DNA from: Haplodiscus bocki
Lineage: Eukaryota
DNA: 64,000 nt
Direction: 5' to 3'
Assembly (NCBI GenBank): GCA_965655095.1
Contig: OZ296653.1
Coordinates: forward strand, 19,902,001 to 19,966,000
Shown: piece by piece, positions 28,901 through 38,999 of the stretch
Position numbering within the stretch: position 1 is the stretch's first letter
Layout: each line of letters opens with the position of its first letter
Notes under the pieces: model-generated
Databases searched by the model: none
Told to the model about the DNA's origin: nothing
What the model saw: the letters and a program-made list of their open reading frames with translations, nothing else
Made by a program: the position numbers and the translations under genes

Positions 28901-31900
28901 TCTCCGAAATTACTCGTTGAATTTTTTTCCGTCAAGGTCTCGATCCACAGCCTTCTACCTCTGAAACATCATTCAATATTATTATTTTGGGTTAGTTTCC
29001 TTCCATCGGGAACCTGAAGTTCTCAGCCTGTTAAAAAGTGGACGTACGTATGATTCTTGAAGCCAACTTATTATGGTCAACCAAGTTTTTTGTCGTTTCG
29101 TTCACAATTGGCAGATGATCGGATGAATTTAGTCAAAGTCAGGGATCATTTCGGCTGGTTGCTGATGACGACAGGCATATGCGCTTGGGTGCTACGACCT
29201 TGCGGTCTCGAATCCCATCTTAGCCAAAGTTTTTGCTTGATTTTTCTGGTTTTTCTCTTGAGATATATTTTTTTCGGGAGAACGATCTCTTCTAATCAGG
29301 ATATACTTTCTGTGTTGTCGATTTTTTTCCAGCTCACTCTTTTCTAAAAACCTTCAAGTTTATCGACTGTTTGGGCGAAATTCCGAATTGGTACGGAAAA
29401 TTTATGTTTCGTATAATTTTCGAAAAATAGCTGTTTTTTCGACTGCTACAAAAATTGCTACGTTCGCCCATTCTTTAAATTACTTCCCTACGACGTTAAG
29501 TTTGTATGGCGGCAGTGACAATGCTAAAGTGACCGAGTTGTTTTGAAGCTTTTCGCGGTTTTTCTGGAAAATTTACAGAAAAATTATTTTTTTATTGTAC
29601 AAGAACTGATTATTTTTGCAAATTTCGTTGTTTTGGCTTATGAATAATTGACTCAAGTACGCACACATTTCAAGCAGTACGAAGCGTTTGGCTTCGGGGA
29701 TTTGATCCAATCTGTCAGAAAGTGGTTTTTTTAAAGTAGGCCTAACTTTAGCTAGTTTCTTTACTTCGTCAGGTTTTTCGCGTCTCTAATTTCAACGTAT
29801 TTTAGCAGTGTGCCCCAACTAATATAAAAAATAAAACAGAAAACACAATTATAGTTCTCAACAGTTGATCTTCTGAGTTTTTGCGGCGTTTGGTTTGGCC
29901 TACAGAGCACTTTTGATGCTATAAATTTGGCCAGAATAGCTTGTTTTGCGTTTTCCCAGAAATTTTCGCTCTTGCTTTCCTTTCGAACTCTCCTCTCATT
30001 AAGCTACACCAGGATGATGCAGAAGCACGAATATGTCTTTTGACGGAAAAATTTCGAAGTTGTTCTGCAGTTAATTTTTGGTTGTTTTGAAATAAACAAG
30101 AATTATCTCATTTTTAAATTTTTGAGTACCTTACGCTCACTTGCCTTCTGATATTGCTTTTCAGCTAAAAGTCTATGTGAACCGGATACGAGAGTACATA
30201 ACCTTCCTTGCTTCATTACATATTAAAAATTTGATAAAAAATGGTCCTTTTTGGCATTTTATCTTCAAACTTAGCGAATTTTGCAACTTTCGCATATCTT
30301 TGCTCGTTCGACTTCCAAACCTTCTTTGTAACTTTGAACCCGGCTAAAGCTAAAAATGCTGACTCATGAGATTTCATTTGTTTTTACAAAAAATTCCTGC
30401 GGAAATTTTTTTAAGCTCCAGTCTCAGCCTGATTCTGGGACGGTTTGCCACTTTCCATACAGTTTTCGTTCTTTTGCTCTCCAAATTAGCCTTTTGGCTG
30501 CAATGGCATCAAATAGGGTTCCAACGCAAGTGGTAATATTACAAGGTCTCCAAGCCTCATTTCTGTATGATAATCTACTCTCCGCGCAATGAGATAACTT
30601 TCTTGTGCTCAGGGGCACTCATGTCTGGCGGTATGGTAATGGAACAGAAAACCTCAACAAATTTTTCGTTGTTATGGAGGTCAATGCCTTTTCGGAGCTT
30701 TTTGCACTCTTTGCAAAACTCCGGGATATGGTTTTTTACACACTTTGGCATTTTTCAGTTTTTTTCTGCCTTTTAATTTCATTTCGACAACCCGGAAGTT
30801 TTCGAATTGTTTTCGACAGCTTCTCCCCTGTATTTATGGTTAGTGCTCGTTCAAATTTTCCAAACACTGGCGGAGTTTTTTTTTGCCAATTTTGCCGAGC
30901 TCTGCTTCGCCTCTGTCCTAGACTTGCGAGTTGAGCGAAGCAAGTGTATGACGGCCGACATGTTCCTTTTTGCCGCTCGGCAATACTCTTTTTTTGAGAT
31001 TGGGAAAAAGTTCAAGATTTGGAATTTTTTTGATTTGAGCTGGATTTGAACCCGCATTCTGTGAATCCGGAACTTCTTGGCCCACCGATTGCACCATGTT
31101 CTCCAGAAACGTTACCGACGATATTCATGAAAAAATGTTACAGCTGCGTTTCTTGCGTTAATTTTTCTTTGTTTTCATTTTAAACGTGCTTCACGTAGCA
31201 TCGACCGAAGTTTGAGCGTTTTATGAATTTGTGAAAACACGACTCGAAAAATTTTCGAGTCAGAAGAACTGCATCTTTCCTGATATTTCAGCGAAAAGTT
31301 TTTGGTTGCGATTGGAAAGTAAGTAATGTTTTTACTTGCGTGGATCATTAAAACCGTTTTTCTCAAGGAGAATTGGTCACATGAGGTCATCCTGACTCTT
31401 TTTCATCTACACATGGCCTTAGTGCTCTGTGATGTAGCTTGGATATTCTGCTTTCCTTGCCAAAATTCATGACTTGAAATTACCAAATGGGAAACGCTTT
31501 TGCTTTCGCTCCTCGTTAAAATGTTTTTTTTCTATTGACTATGGATTGCGTTGGCTTCATCAAGCGGTGATCTAATTACTTGCTCCGATGAGTATGATGC
31601 GAGCAGCCTGGAAAGTTTATTTTGTAATTTTTTTGCAAAAAAAAATCTTGACCTGTACTTTAAGCGTTCTTCTCAATGACTATGTGTTGGATGGTGTCCA
31701 TTCGCCGGTGATTTTAATCGGAGTCTACTGATTTTTTGAACGAGGTTGAAAAGTCTGCTTTATAGTTTCGTTGGAATGATTTTTGTTCCAGTTTTGAAAA
31801 GTTAATGATATTTCTTCTTTTTTCTGTTCGTTAAAACAACTTTTTCTGTTTAGATTTGGCTCTTATTGGGCTCATATGGCACTGGTTTAACTGTTTGCGG

Positions 31901-34900
31901 TGTTGCTGTGTGAAACAACTTGTGGTCCAGTTTGTGAATGATTGGCAAAAAATGTGACTGTCAAATTGAAGCATCGAACTCCTTTTTACTTGCGTGGTTT
32001 GTGCAAAATTGTTTTGCTCATTGACGAGCGCTTGTGTAGCGTAATTTTCAGTCTCTTTTCAATACTCATCTTGAGGTTCCGCTCATCGCTGAGAAAGGTC
32101 TTCTTGTAGTTTTCATACTAGGAATCGTTGCTTGTGATTGAACCATCGATGGTTTTTTCTCCCTGGTCGATCGTTTAAAGTGGTGTCCTTGGCAACCAGT
32201 TGTTTTGTTGGCCCATTCAGAGTTATTTCCTTCGTTTGGAGGTATCGTCAAATATCAAAAGTTTTTTCTGTGCACCTTCCTAGTCAATGCGCGATTTTTC
32301 AATTGGAGAAGCTGAGTCACTTAATCTTGCGTCTTTAATCGGAAGCATGTTTCTTGGTGACTATTGGTTGGATTGAGGCCATCCATCGCTCAAATGACTA
32401 CGCGCTGCTTCAGAGTTTTTGAGGCAGCGGTCAGAGATTTTTTGTTTTGTACAGTTCTTCGACTGATGAGTTTTTTAATCTTGTTCATAATTGCGCTGTT
32501 CCAACAAGCTTTCGTATTGAAGGGTTACTTCACGTTGTATCAATTTTTGTTCAGTTTACGCCGCTCGCTACTTTCGCGCAGTTTTTGCTTCCCTGGTGTT
32601 CTTTGGGAATGCGGCAACAGCATCATTTCAAGTCATAGAAAATCTGATGTTTTTGTCTGCGGTGGTGTACAAAACATTTGTGCTACGAATGTGGTCAGAT
32701 CAGGTCCGAGTTGGGTTGTTTTTTCGGTATGTTAAAATTACTTTTCTGTTGAAATTAGTTTAGCAGTTGTTTCCGAAGCACTGCTTTGTGCCAGCAAGTG
32801 TTATATCTCAGGTTTCTGGCGATTTATTCCGATCCCTTCTTGACTCGCATTTTTTCTGAGTTCCTGATGTTCGGGGATTCTGTTCATGCAATCTCGCTTT
32901 GTCACAAAAATTTGTTCATGCAGTCTCGCTTGTTGCAGAAAAGTGTTTGTTTTTCAATAGGCGTTCGTGTGCTAATTAAAGCGAATTAATTAACTGCTAT
33001 AGCTGTTCGTGTTTGTATATGTTTAAGAATTAACTGATTTCTGTACACTTGTTTAATCAGTAATTTTCGTAGTACCGTCGCGTTTTCAAAAATCAGGGAT
33101 CCTTGTTCGGTTTGTTCACTACTCCCTTGGCGCAAAAGTGGCAATGCACAGCTTCGCCTCTGTCAAAATCACCTTCCATCCATTTCTTCCATCAATGTGT
33201 CAATCGACAACCTGCTATCGGTTGCAGGTTGTTCGATAAAATAATCTTGTTTCTCTTCGTTTCATCATAATCCTAATACGGCAAAAAAGTTTTAAAGAAG
33301 TAAAGTTAGTTTCTTTAAATTTTCAAACTCACTTTCCTCCAAAAATACCATAATTTCGTTCTGATGAAAGGATAATGTCAAGAAGTACGTAAAGCAGTGG
33401 TAGAAACGCAAAGTTCTCAAGATATAGCAATTCGCAAACGGTCAAATCGGTGTCCTCTTTGAAGCTCAAAATATTCATTTGGGGGACCCTTTGTTGTTAA
33501 AAAAGCTTTCCAACAAATCAGATATAATCGCGGTTTTTCAAAGTGTCGCAGAGTGCCGATAATTTCATAGAGGTACTGTTTGGTACGCAGTACACTTGGT
33601 AAACTCACTAGTTCGAAAATATTAAGCGCTTTTGTCAAAAATTTTGAAATGTAAAAGCTGGAATCACAAAAACTACTGACGTACGCTTTTCGAAATTATT
33701 TTCGAATATTGAAAAGAAGTATCAAGACTTTTATCAGAGAACAAAGAAGAGTTCTCACATCTATACCCAAAAATAAAATAAGAAAACCTCTAGCACCTGT
33801 AAGACTAGAATAAAATTTTAATAGTTTGGGCTGTTCGTCATGCACACGCCCTTTTAAAAAACAACATGAATTGTTATTGACGGTGGTCTCTTTTCTTAAA
33901 GAAACGCCGATTAGAAATAATGAGTTTTTTTTTAAAAAAAAAAAGAATTTTGGACGGCTGCTCAGGTTTTATCGTTTGCAGGCTCCAGATGCAGTCGGAC
34001 GTGTTCCAGTGAAAGCGACACAGGTTGAGTTCAGGAGACAAATTCCCACGTTTGAGTTGTCAGTGGGCAAACAGTATGAACTCTTGGGCTACTCTCAGTA
34101 CAGCATCTACGAGCACAGAAGTGGTTACGTAAGACCTGGGCTGGCTAGACCTCTGCGAACAGATGCACATGTAAGTCTACTCCTAATTGTAAATTAAACT
34201 ACGTTTACAATTAAGTTTTCTGCTGCGAGGTTTTAGCCAGCTGATGGAATGAAGCACACCAGAGAATTTTTTGGTTGAAAGTTGACAACTGAAAGAACTG
34301 ATTTTTTTTTTAAAATCAAATGCATCGCCATTAATTTGAAAAGGGAAACTCCGTAATACTTTCCGGAAGTAATTTAGAGCCTAAAAAGTAATACATCAAA
34401 CGTACTATGATCGTAACTGTTCTTTATATACAAAAAGCCCAAAACCAGCTAGTTCTTTTGTGGAACAGCGTTTTGAGCATCTCCAGTTCAGATCCATTTC
34501 GAAGCAAGACCTTCACCATTAGACATCCTTTTCTCTTACACCTCTGGTTAATTGGATTTTTTCTTGAAATTTCAGGATGAAATAGTGAAAGTGCCCCTGC
34601 CCTTGGCAGTTCTGCAATCTGGGATTGGTGAGAACTTCGAGACCCCTCAGACTAGAGCGGGCATAGGGGGCAACGAATCATTGTTGGGAGGGGAGACTGC
34701 GACCACTACGGCAGGGTTGCAGCGTCAGATTGAGGACATAAAGCCAATGAACACTAGTGTAGTCGAGTCCAGAAGTATCACCACCCTCATACCCCCGCCC
34801 TATTTGACCAGACCTGTGGAGTATCACCCCCTACATATCTTTGTAAGTACAGGTATTTTTTGTATCTTGTAAGTACGTCTTTAGCAGTATATGTGCATGA

Positions 34901-37876
34901 GCTAATTAATTAGATTAAGTTTCGATAAGATTAAAATTTAAAAATCCAAAGATTGCAAAAAATAACTTTTTTTGAAGTGAAATTTTAGTGAGTAACTTCA
35001 AAAATTATTTTTTATGCAAATCAAAACACCTTGTCTGCAAGAATCTCGCAAAAATTATTTTATCTCAAAATTGTCAAGTTCTTTCACTAGAATATTCTAA
35101 GGTATGTATTTTTTCTCGTCTCCGATAAACTTATGATTATTTCCGAAGCATTGGGGTTTTATGAATTAGCTTTACACTCATATCAGTTTGAGTTTTTTAA
35201 TGGCGACTATTAACAATTTATCGTTTTACAATAGTTTTCTGATGCTCTGCTTTTGTTGTAGAATCCCATGCCGGGTTTGTTGACGTTTGAACGACCCATC
35301 GCTTATTCTGAGGTTGATCCCGATTTCCACCTGTGTCCCGTGCCCAGGTACACTCTGCCTTGTTCCAAGGACGGACCTGACTGCACGTCTGTGCATGTGA
35401 TGAACCCCCATATGTCCACCCAGAAGAAGTACGTGGACGAGGAAGACGTCATTCGCGGGGTGATGACGTGGAAGAAGTACCCCTCGCATAGTCTGCTCTC
35501 CCTAGCCAATACTACCACTTTGGCCGGTGTATATGCACCACGACTGTTAGTAAATTCACTTTTATCCAGAAATGCACACATTTTTACAAGAGCTTGCAAG
35601 TGAATTATTTCATGTAAAATTCTTTAATCTTCTAAAAATTCGTTATCTGAATCTATAGAGGTTTTGAATGAAACATGTTACCCGCAGTTCCTTGCGAAAA
35701 AATTCAACGTTAAAGGATTTCTCTAGGAATTCATTCCTAATTTGAGATTTCACATACATTCAGCGTTGAATTGCTCTGGGAATTCAATTCGGGTTTTTAC
35801 GGATAACAGACGTTGCAGGATTCTTGAAAAAAAATACATGAATATTTTTCCCAAAATAGACATGATTATTTTTCCCTAAATAGGGAAACTTTCAAGCCAA
35901 AAATGGAAGTTTTTTCTCACTGTGAGTTATTGCACGGAGATGAAACTATGGAGCAGCTCTTCGAAGAATAGGTTTCTTAATTCAGCCAATCGCAAGAGTG
36001 CGTCATTCTCAAGGCAACAATAGCCAATAATCGATCAGTCCAATTTCTTATACTGATAAGCTAGAATTTACCGTCCAAAATTTTTCATTTTTAATGAAGA
36101 TTTCAGGTAACAAAGATTCAAATTTTCAGAAAGTATTTTCTGCATGCTTTTCTCAATCAGCTTGTGCTGAAATGCTCCGAAAAATTCATTTTTTTGAGCG
36201 TTTGCTGCCTCATAATGTGAGTCGTGCCTTTTCATTAGCCGATGAAAATTTTCAATTTTTTTCAGGACTGACCCGTTCACCTCTGACGTAATTCCCACCG
36301 AAGGACCTCCTCTTCTATCCGGACTACCATACGAGGACTCTCTTCTGGTCTCTGACGTCACGTTAGTCCTCTCCGAATCCCACTCTAAGTTTTAGTTAAA
36401 TTATTCTGATCGCTCAGGTTGACCCTCCATGGCTGTCATGGCAAGGTCTTAGTACGACTTCCATGACATAAAGAATAATCATGACACAAAAGCCATGAAT
36501 GATTGTAGAATACAATATCCTACAAAACTCCAAATAAAAAAAGCATGATATGTCGCAGATTAGATTGCAGAAGTGGAGACAGGAATTTCAGGGGATTCCT
36601 AAAAACCTCAAAAACAAATAATGCCATCTCAAAAACTACAGAAAAAAATTGAAAAAGTTACCTGAGAAGATACCGAATTGGTGAATCTGTTTTAATATAA
36701 TCATCAACGAACCCTGAAAAATGTCTCTTTTTTTCAAGCCTATTTATTATACTGGTTTTCCAAGGTATTTCTATGTTTTTGCTTAGTTTTCCTGGAAATT
36801 AGACGCTTTTCTCAAAAAATTAGGATGTTATTCCTGAAAAACTTTTGAGGCATTGAACCCAAATTAAATCAGAAATACCTGTGGAATCCCGGATGCTTTT
36901 ATGACAATTGTCGAAAAGAAAGCTTTTACTGAGAGAGAAAAGGAAACTAATGGAATTAAAAAGAAACGAACAATGAAAATTCAGACCAGATACAAAATTG
37001 AAAAGAATTTTATGGTTTTCCAAATTTTGGTTCAATCTGAAAATCTTACGAATCAACATAAGGCTTTTGGTAAGAAACATGGCCATCTTAGTAAGGTCAT
37101 GGCACGATTCTTGCCATGACTTCTGTGATTGCAAAGATCTCGGCACGATCTTGCCATGATCTCCAAGATCATTATAAGACGGTCAACTTGGGTGGTGAAA
37201 ATTATTTTCCTAATTTCAAGGTAAGATGACTACCTATTGCATGAAAATCTGGCTAATTTTTGCTTCTACTCTATCATACCGTAATGTAGCCCTAACTTCT
37301 ATCATGTTTTTGGAAAAGGTCATGTTCTGGAAAGTTTTTGATAGTTTTCCCCAAAAAAAGTAGAGAGAGTCTATCTTTTATAGATCTATAAAATGTTATC
37401 ATCAAAGCTTTGACATCAAAGAAGTCGCTGTGATATTACGGTCTTCTGAAGCATTTTTTCTACAGAAATTTTAGTGAATTTCGAAAAATTTTTGGAAATT
37501 AAATTGTTGTGTTTCCAGAGACAGTTCGACTCAAGTCACCCCTGAAACAGTGGCACGCCAGTTCGCCCTCGCCTCCTCTTTCACCGAAAAGTTTGTGAAA
37601 ATATACGCTCTTGTAATTTTACCGAGAACTTCAGTTTTACACTTATAGTCCTCTATATTGTCTTGTAGGGATGGATCAATTTTGTCTGGTTCAAAAATGC
37701 CGTCTACACATCACAATCTGACCTCTAGAGGGCAGCCGTCACGGTTCCTTCGGGAATACGAGCTCGAGAAATTGATGGAGCAAAGTGGGGGTGGGGTGCG
37801 TCTAGGCACGAAAATAGACGAAAAAATGGACAAATACACAACATTATGTTCCAATCATAAATTGATTTTGAAATAA
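4834..37876 (+). CDS. CFAP221: Cilia- and flagella-associated protein 221 (PCDP1), 18 coding exons, 914 aa
   Basis: Exons 4834-4945, 5446-5546, 6131-6313, 8170-8377, 9379-9680, 10327-10438, 11797-11908, 13806-13893, 14583-14675, 14747-14842, 25840-25933, 26277-26404, 33982-34170, 34576-34842, 35262-35545, 36266-36361, 37519-37590, 37669-37876. All GT-AG and phase-consistent, total 2745 nt. Motifs are collinear with vertebrate CFAP221 as I recall it: FSPDEWRYYHDTIRIHC, VPIHAYPVM, GKLKIKDL, TKQMKEAVFE, APDAVGRVP, NPMPGL. Confidence 0.93.
5446..5546 (+). CDS. CFAP221: CFAP221 exon 2
   Basis: FFTKLGQSKIVKAEPKSIHFAGF; ttcag/gtaagt. Confidence 0.9.
6131..6313 (+). CDS. CFAP221: CFAP221 exon 3
   Basis: KLTNASSE...FSPDEWRYYHDTIRIHCR; tatag/gtaaat. 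Confidence 0.93.
6336..6372. repeat. (CT)n microsatellite
   Basis: Imperfect ct run in intron 3. Confidence 0.85.
8170..8377 (+). CDS. CFAP221: CFAP221 exon 4
   Basis: DEENIIVPIHAYPVM...CTAPIDFQF; gacag/gtttgt. Confidence 0.92.
9379..9680 (+). CDS. CFAP221: CFAP221 exon 5
   Basis: LVPANGSTEITVSFTP...SQFATKP; tctag/gtaaga. Confidence 0.92.
9717..9828. repeat. ~112-bp near-perfect palindrome at start of intron 5
   Basis: agttactatattgtttgttcatgaacg pairs with cgttcatgaacaaacaatatagtaact; core gcggc-gta-gccgc. Confidence 0.85.
10327..10438 (+). CDS. CFAP221: CFAP221 exon 6
   Basis: EMEYNGHRFPLNLNNVHAVNYVLTQQKGKLKIKDLKH; tttag/gttaga. Confidence 0.92.
11797..11908 (+). CDS. CFAP221: CFAP221 exon 7
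   Basis: TKQMKEAVFETAVRQVVLEERANNLRW; gccag/gttagt. Confidence 0.92.
13806..13893 (+). CDS. CFAP221: CFAP221 exon 8
   Basis: QNHLGAQPMS...HIIYK; tgcag/gtcaga. Confidence 0.9.
13953..14402 (+). mobile_element. Non-autonomous Helitron-like element (~450 bp)
   Basis: A|TC 5' end; subterminal GCCGG..CCGGC hairpin; CTTG|T 3' end; homologous copy at ~41832-42238. Confidence 0.6.
14583..14675 (+). CDS. CFAP221: CFAP221 exon 9
   Basis: NETRLEPIAEEEYEREKT...RRADD; ttcag/gtaatg. Confidence 0.88.
14747..14842 (+). CDS. CFAP221: CFAP221 exon 10
   Basis: IPPQQALFDHYKTNLFAKRHFAKERFKLAVRK; tttag/gtttgt. Confidence 0.9.
15326..21628 (-). CDS. Divergent SKP1-like protein (218 aa), two exons: 21628-21554 and 15907-15326; nested antisense in CFAP221 intron 10
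   Basis: Exon 1 MSQQQQQKKQSVAEPTLTFKCSDNK|gtagga joins in phase 0 to ttcag|VFSVKERE. SKP1 motifs: INGATFQLVLQW, LLIAADFLGIESLL, VAQMMKGKSTREIRSMFNI. Intact reading frame. Confidence 0.88.
16181..16350 (+). repeat. ~170-bp direct repeat, copy 1 (copy 2 at ~20123-20295)
   Basis: Near-identical sequence accggtgaaatg...gaatgtctctatctaa; duplicated ORF translation MRFAWQYLQTSA. Confidence 0.9.
16803..17958. mobile_element. Non-autonomous foldback/MULE-like DNA transposon with modular TIRs
   Basis: Left end cgacaattgggacc(a..acaaattcggacc)n is inverted relative to right end (ggtccgaatttgtcttt)n-ggtccgaattgtcg. 18-bp subterminal units; flanks tctgga / tctggga. Confidence 0.65.
20123..20295 (+). 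repeat. ~170-bp direct repeat, copy 2
   Basis: Matches 16181-16350. Confidence 0.9.
20637..21482 (-). mobile_element. Putative non-autonomous Helitron-like element
   Basis: On the minus strand: A|TC at 21482, tRNA-like GTTCGACCCGGGTGCAACCA near the 5' end, hairpin plus CTTG|T at 20637. A similar terminus occurs at ~6962. Confidence 0.4.
23750..25300 (+). mobile_element. Degenerate non-LTR retrotransposon (CR1/L2-group-like) RT remnant
   Basis: Collinear decayed motifs LKQTCVLPIIKK..RRILITPALSKLYE, QFGF, FLGL*KAF, PQGTDLGPLLF, YANDT, KTEFI, LLNALVLSHLHY. Confidence 0.8.
25840..25933 (+). CDS. CFAP221: CFAP221 exon 11
   Basis: AMIQYRCEKRVVKTRQLISDFKS (continues RFKLAVRK); ttcag/gttaga; phase 0 to 1 bridges exons 10 and 12. 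Confidence 0.85.
26277..26404 (+). CDS. CFAP221: CFAP221 exon 12
   Basis: TYFDEVLK...VEKVQFPVYEKPGHKDDM; tacag/gttaga. Confidence 0.88.
27400..28980. repeat. Highly degenerate tandem array (~150-170-bp unit)
   Basis: Motif gaaactaccggctg...tctcaatcgacagttttctac recurs at ~27581, 27750, 27915, 28590, 28765 and 28905. Confidence 0.6.
29400..33250 (-). mobile_element. Very decayed LINE remnant (approximate limits)
   Basis: The minus strand at ~30560-30510 reads AWRPCNITTCVGTLFD, resembling NYRPISLTSCxGKLFE. Weak endonuclease-like traces lie upstream. Confidence 0.35.
33982..34170 (+). CDS. CFAP221: CFAP221 exon 13
   Basis: APDAVGRVPVK...LARPLRTDAH; tgcag/gtaagt. Confidence 0.92.
34576..34842 (+). 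CDS. CFAP221: CFAP221 exon 14
   Basis: DEIVKVPLP...EYHPLHIF; ttcag/gtaagt. Confidence 0.9.
35262..35545 (+). CDS. CFAP221: CFAP221 exon 15
   Basis: NPMPGLLTFERPIAYSEVDPDFHLCPVPRY...VIRGVMTWKKY; tgtag/gttagt. Confidence 0.93.
36266..36361 (+). CDS. CFAP221: CFAP221 exon 16
   Basis: TDPFTSDVIPTEGPPLLSGLPYED; ttcag/gttagt. Confidence 0.88.
36413..37192. mobile_element. Non-autonomous TIR DNA transposon (MITE-like)
   Basis: Termini ctcaggttgacc / ggtcaacttggg (10 of 12 inverted match); subterminal catggca-gatctt repeats at both ends. Confidence 0.5.
37519..37590 (+). CDS. CFAP221: CFAP221 exon 17
   Basis: DSSTQVTPETVARQF; tccag/gtttgt. Confidence 0.85.
37669..37876 (+). CDS. CFAP221: CFAP221 exon 18 (terminal)
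   Basis: tgtag acceptor; reads to TAA at 37874-37876; AATAAA at the stop and at ~37932. Confidence 0.85.
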
Positions 37877-38999
37877 AATGTAAAAATTGTTTCAAAACAG
37901 TTTTAGAATACATCTGTTTAATAGATTTGACAATAAATTCAATTTAAGTTCCTTCTCTATTCTCTAGGATAAAGTAAAAAATGAAAATATTCAGTTCTTC
38001 TGTATTTTGGTTTTTAGGCAATTATAAAAAGGCTTTCTAATTTGATAGACCTGTATTAAGTGCTTGAATCAAAAGTCGGCCGCCCGGTAAAGTTCAAAAA
38101 AATCGTGGAAGGACCGATCATTTGGTGTTTAGAATTGATGCAAAGTTCTGGTTTGGTCTAACCACGAAAATATTGTAAGTGAAGAATGTATAGCCAAATG
38201 AGTGGTGTACACAAAGGGGGTATCTTAAAATTCTTAATCGCCAAAACTTTTTGGTTTCAGCAAGGAGCATCAGCAAAATTTTTGGCATTTTCAGTTTCAA
38301 AAACTTAAAGTGTAGACAAAAAGGGATCATGAATGTATTCCAATCTCTGTATTCATCGAACTTGAGTAGTAATTAGTAAAATCTCAGTGCATTAAAAAGC
38401 TGCTTTTCGAAAAAATGGTATTTAAAAAAGATTTGATATTTGTCGAAAAATACTTGCATCACGGTACAGAAAAAATCACAGTGGGGCCCTTTAGTTCCTT
38501 CTACTGTAACTTAAAAGTACGCTCTCTGATATGCGTATGTGTTGACGCAAGCCATCAAGCAAGTGGCACATCAAGGAACTAAGTGTATTTGCTAATCATC
38601 ATATCCGGTAAATAGATTTTTTCGATTCGAAGACAAAAACACAAAGCCTGTAACAGTCTGGCGCTTTCCTGACTATCTTGCTCGTTGTTGGCTACAAAAA
38701 TTATTTGTATTGTACATTCTCATCAGAACAAATGAAGATTGTTTGTAGTAGATCCCTTGCGCGAGTACTAGCTCCAAAAGGTGGGGCAACAGGTTGACCA
38801 GTGCAGGACCGCGGAATATCATCTAAGCCCCTGACATCCTGCAACTTTGGTACCCGTTTCCGTGTTGGAGAGGGGAGATTATTTAGTGGATTGATATTTC
38901 ACAATTCTTAGGCTTAGCATACTAAATGCAACTCAAAACCGCGGTGTAAACCTGGGTTCTCTTATCTTGGTGGTGCTCTGCCTCACTACTCAGTAGCTA

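Noticed and set aside
35226-35599. Minus-strand ORFs overlapping CFAP221 exon 15 (and similar shadows over gag/pol)
   Set aside because: Antisense shadows of real coding sequence with no independent motifs.
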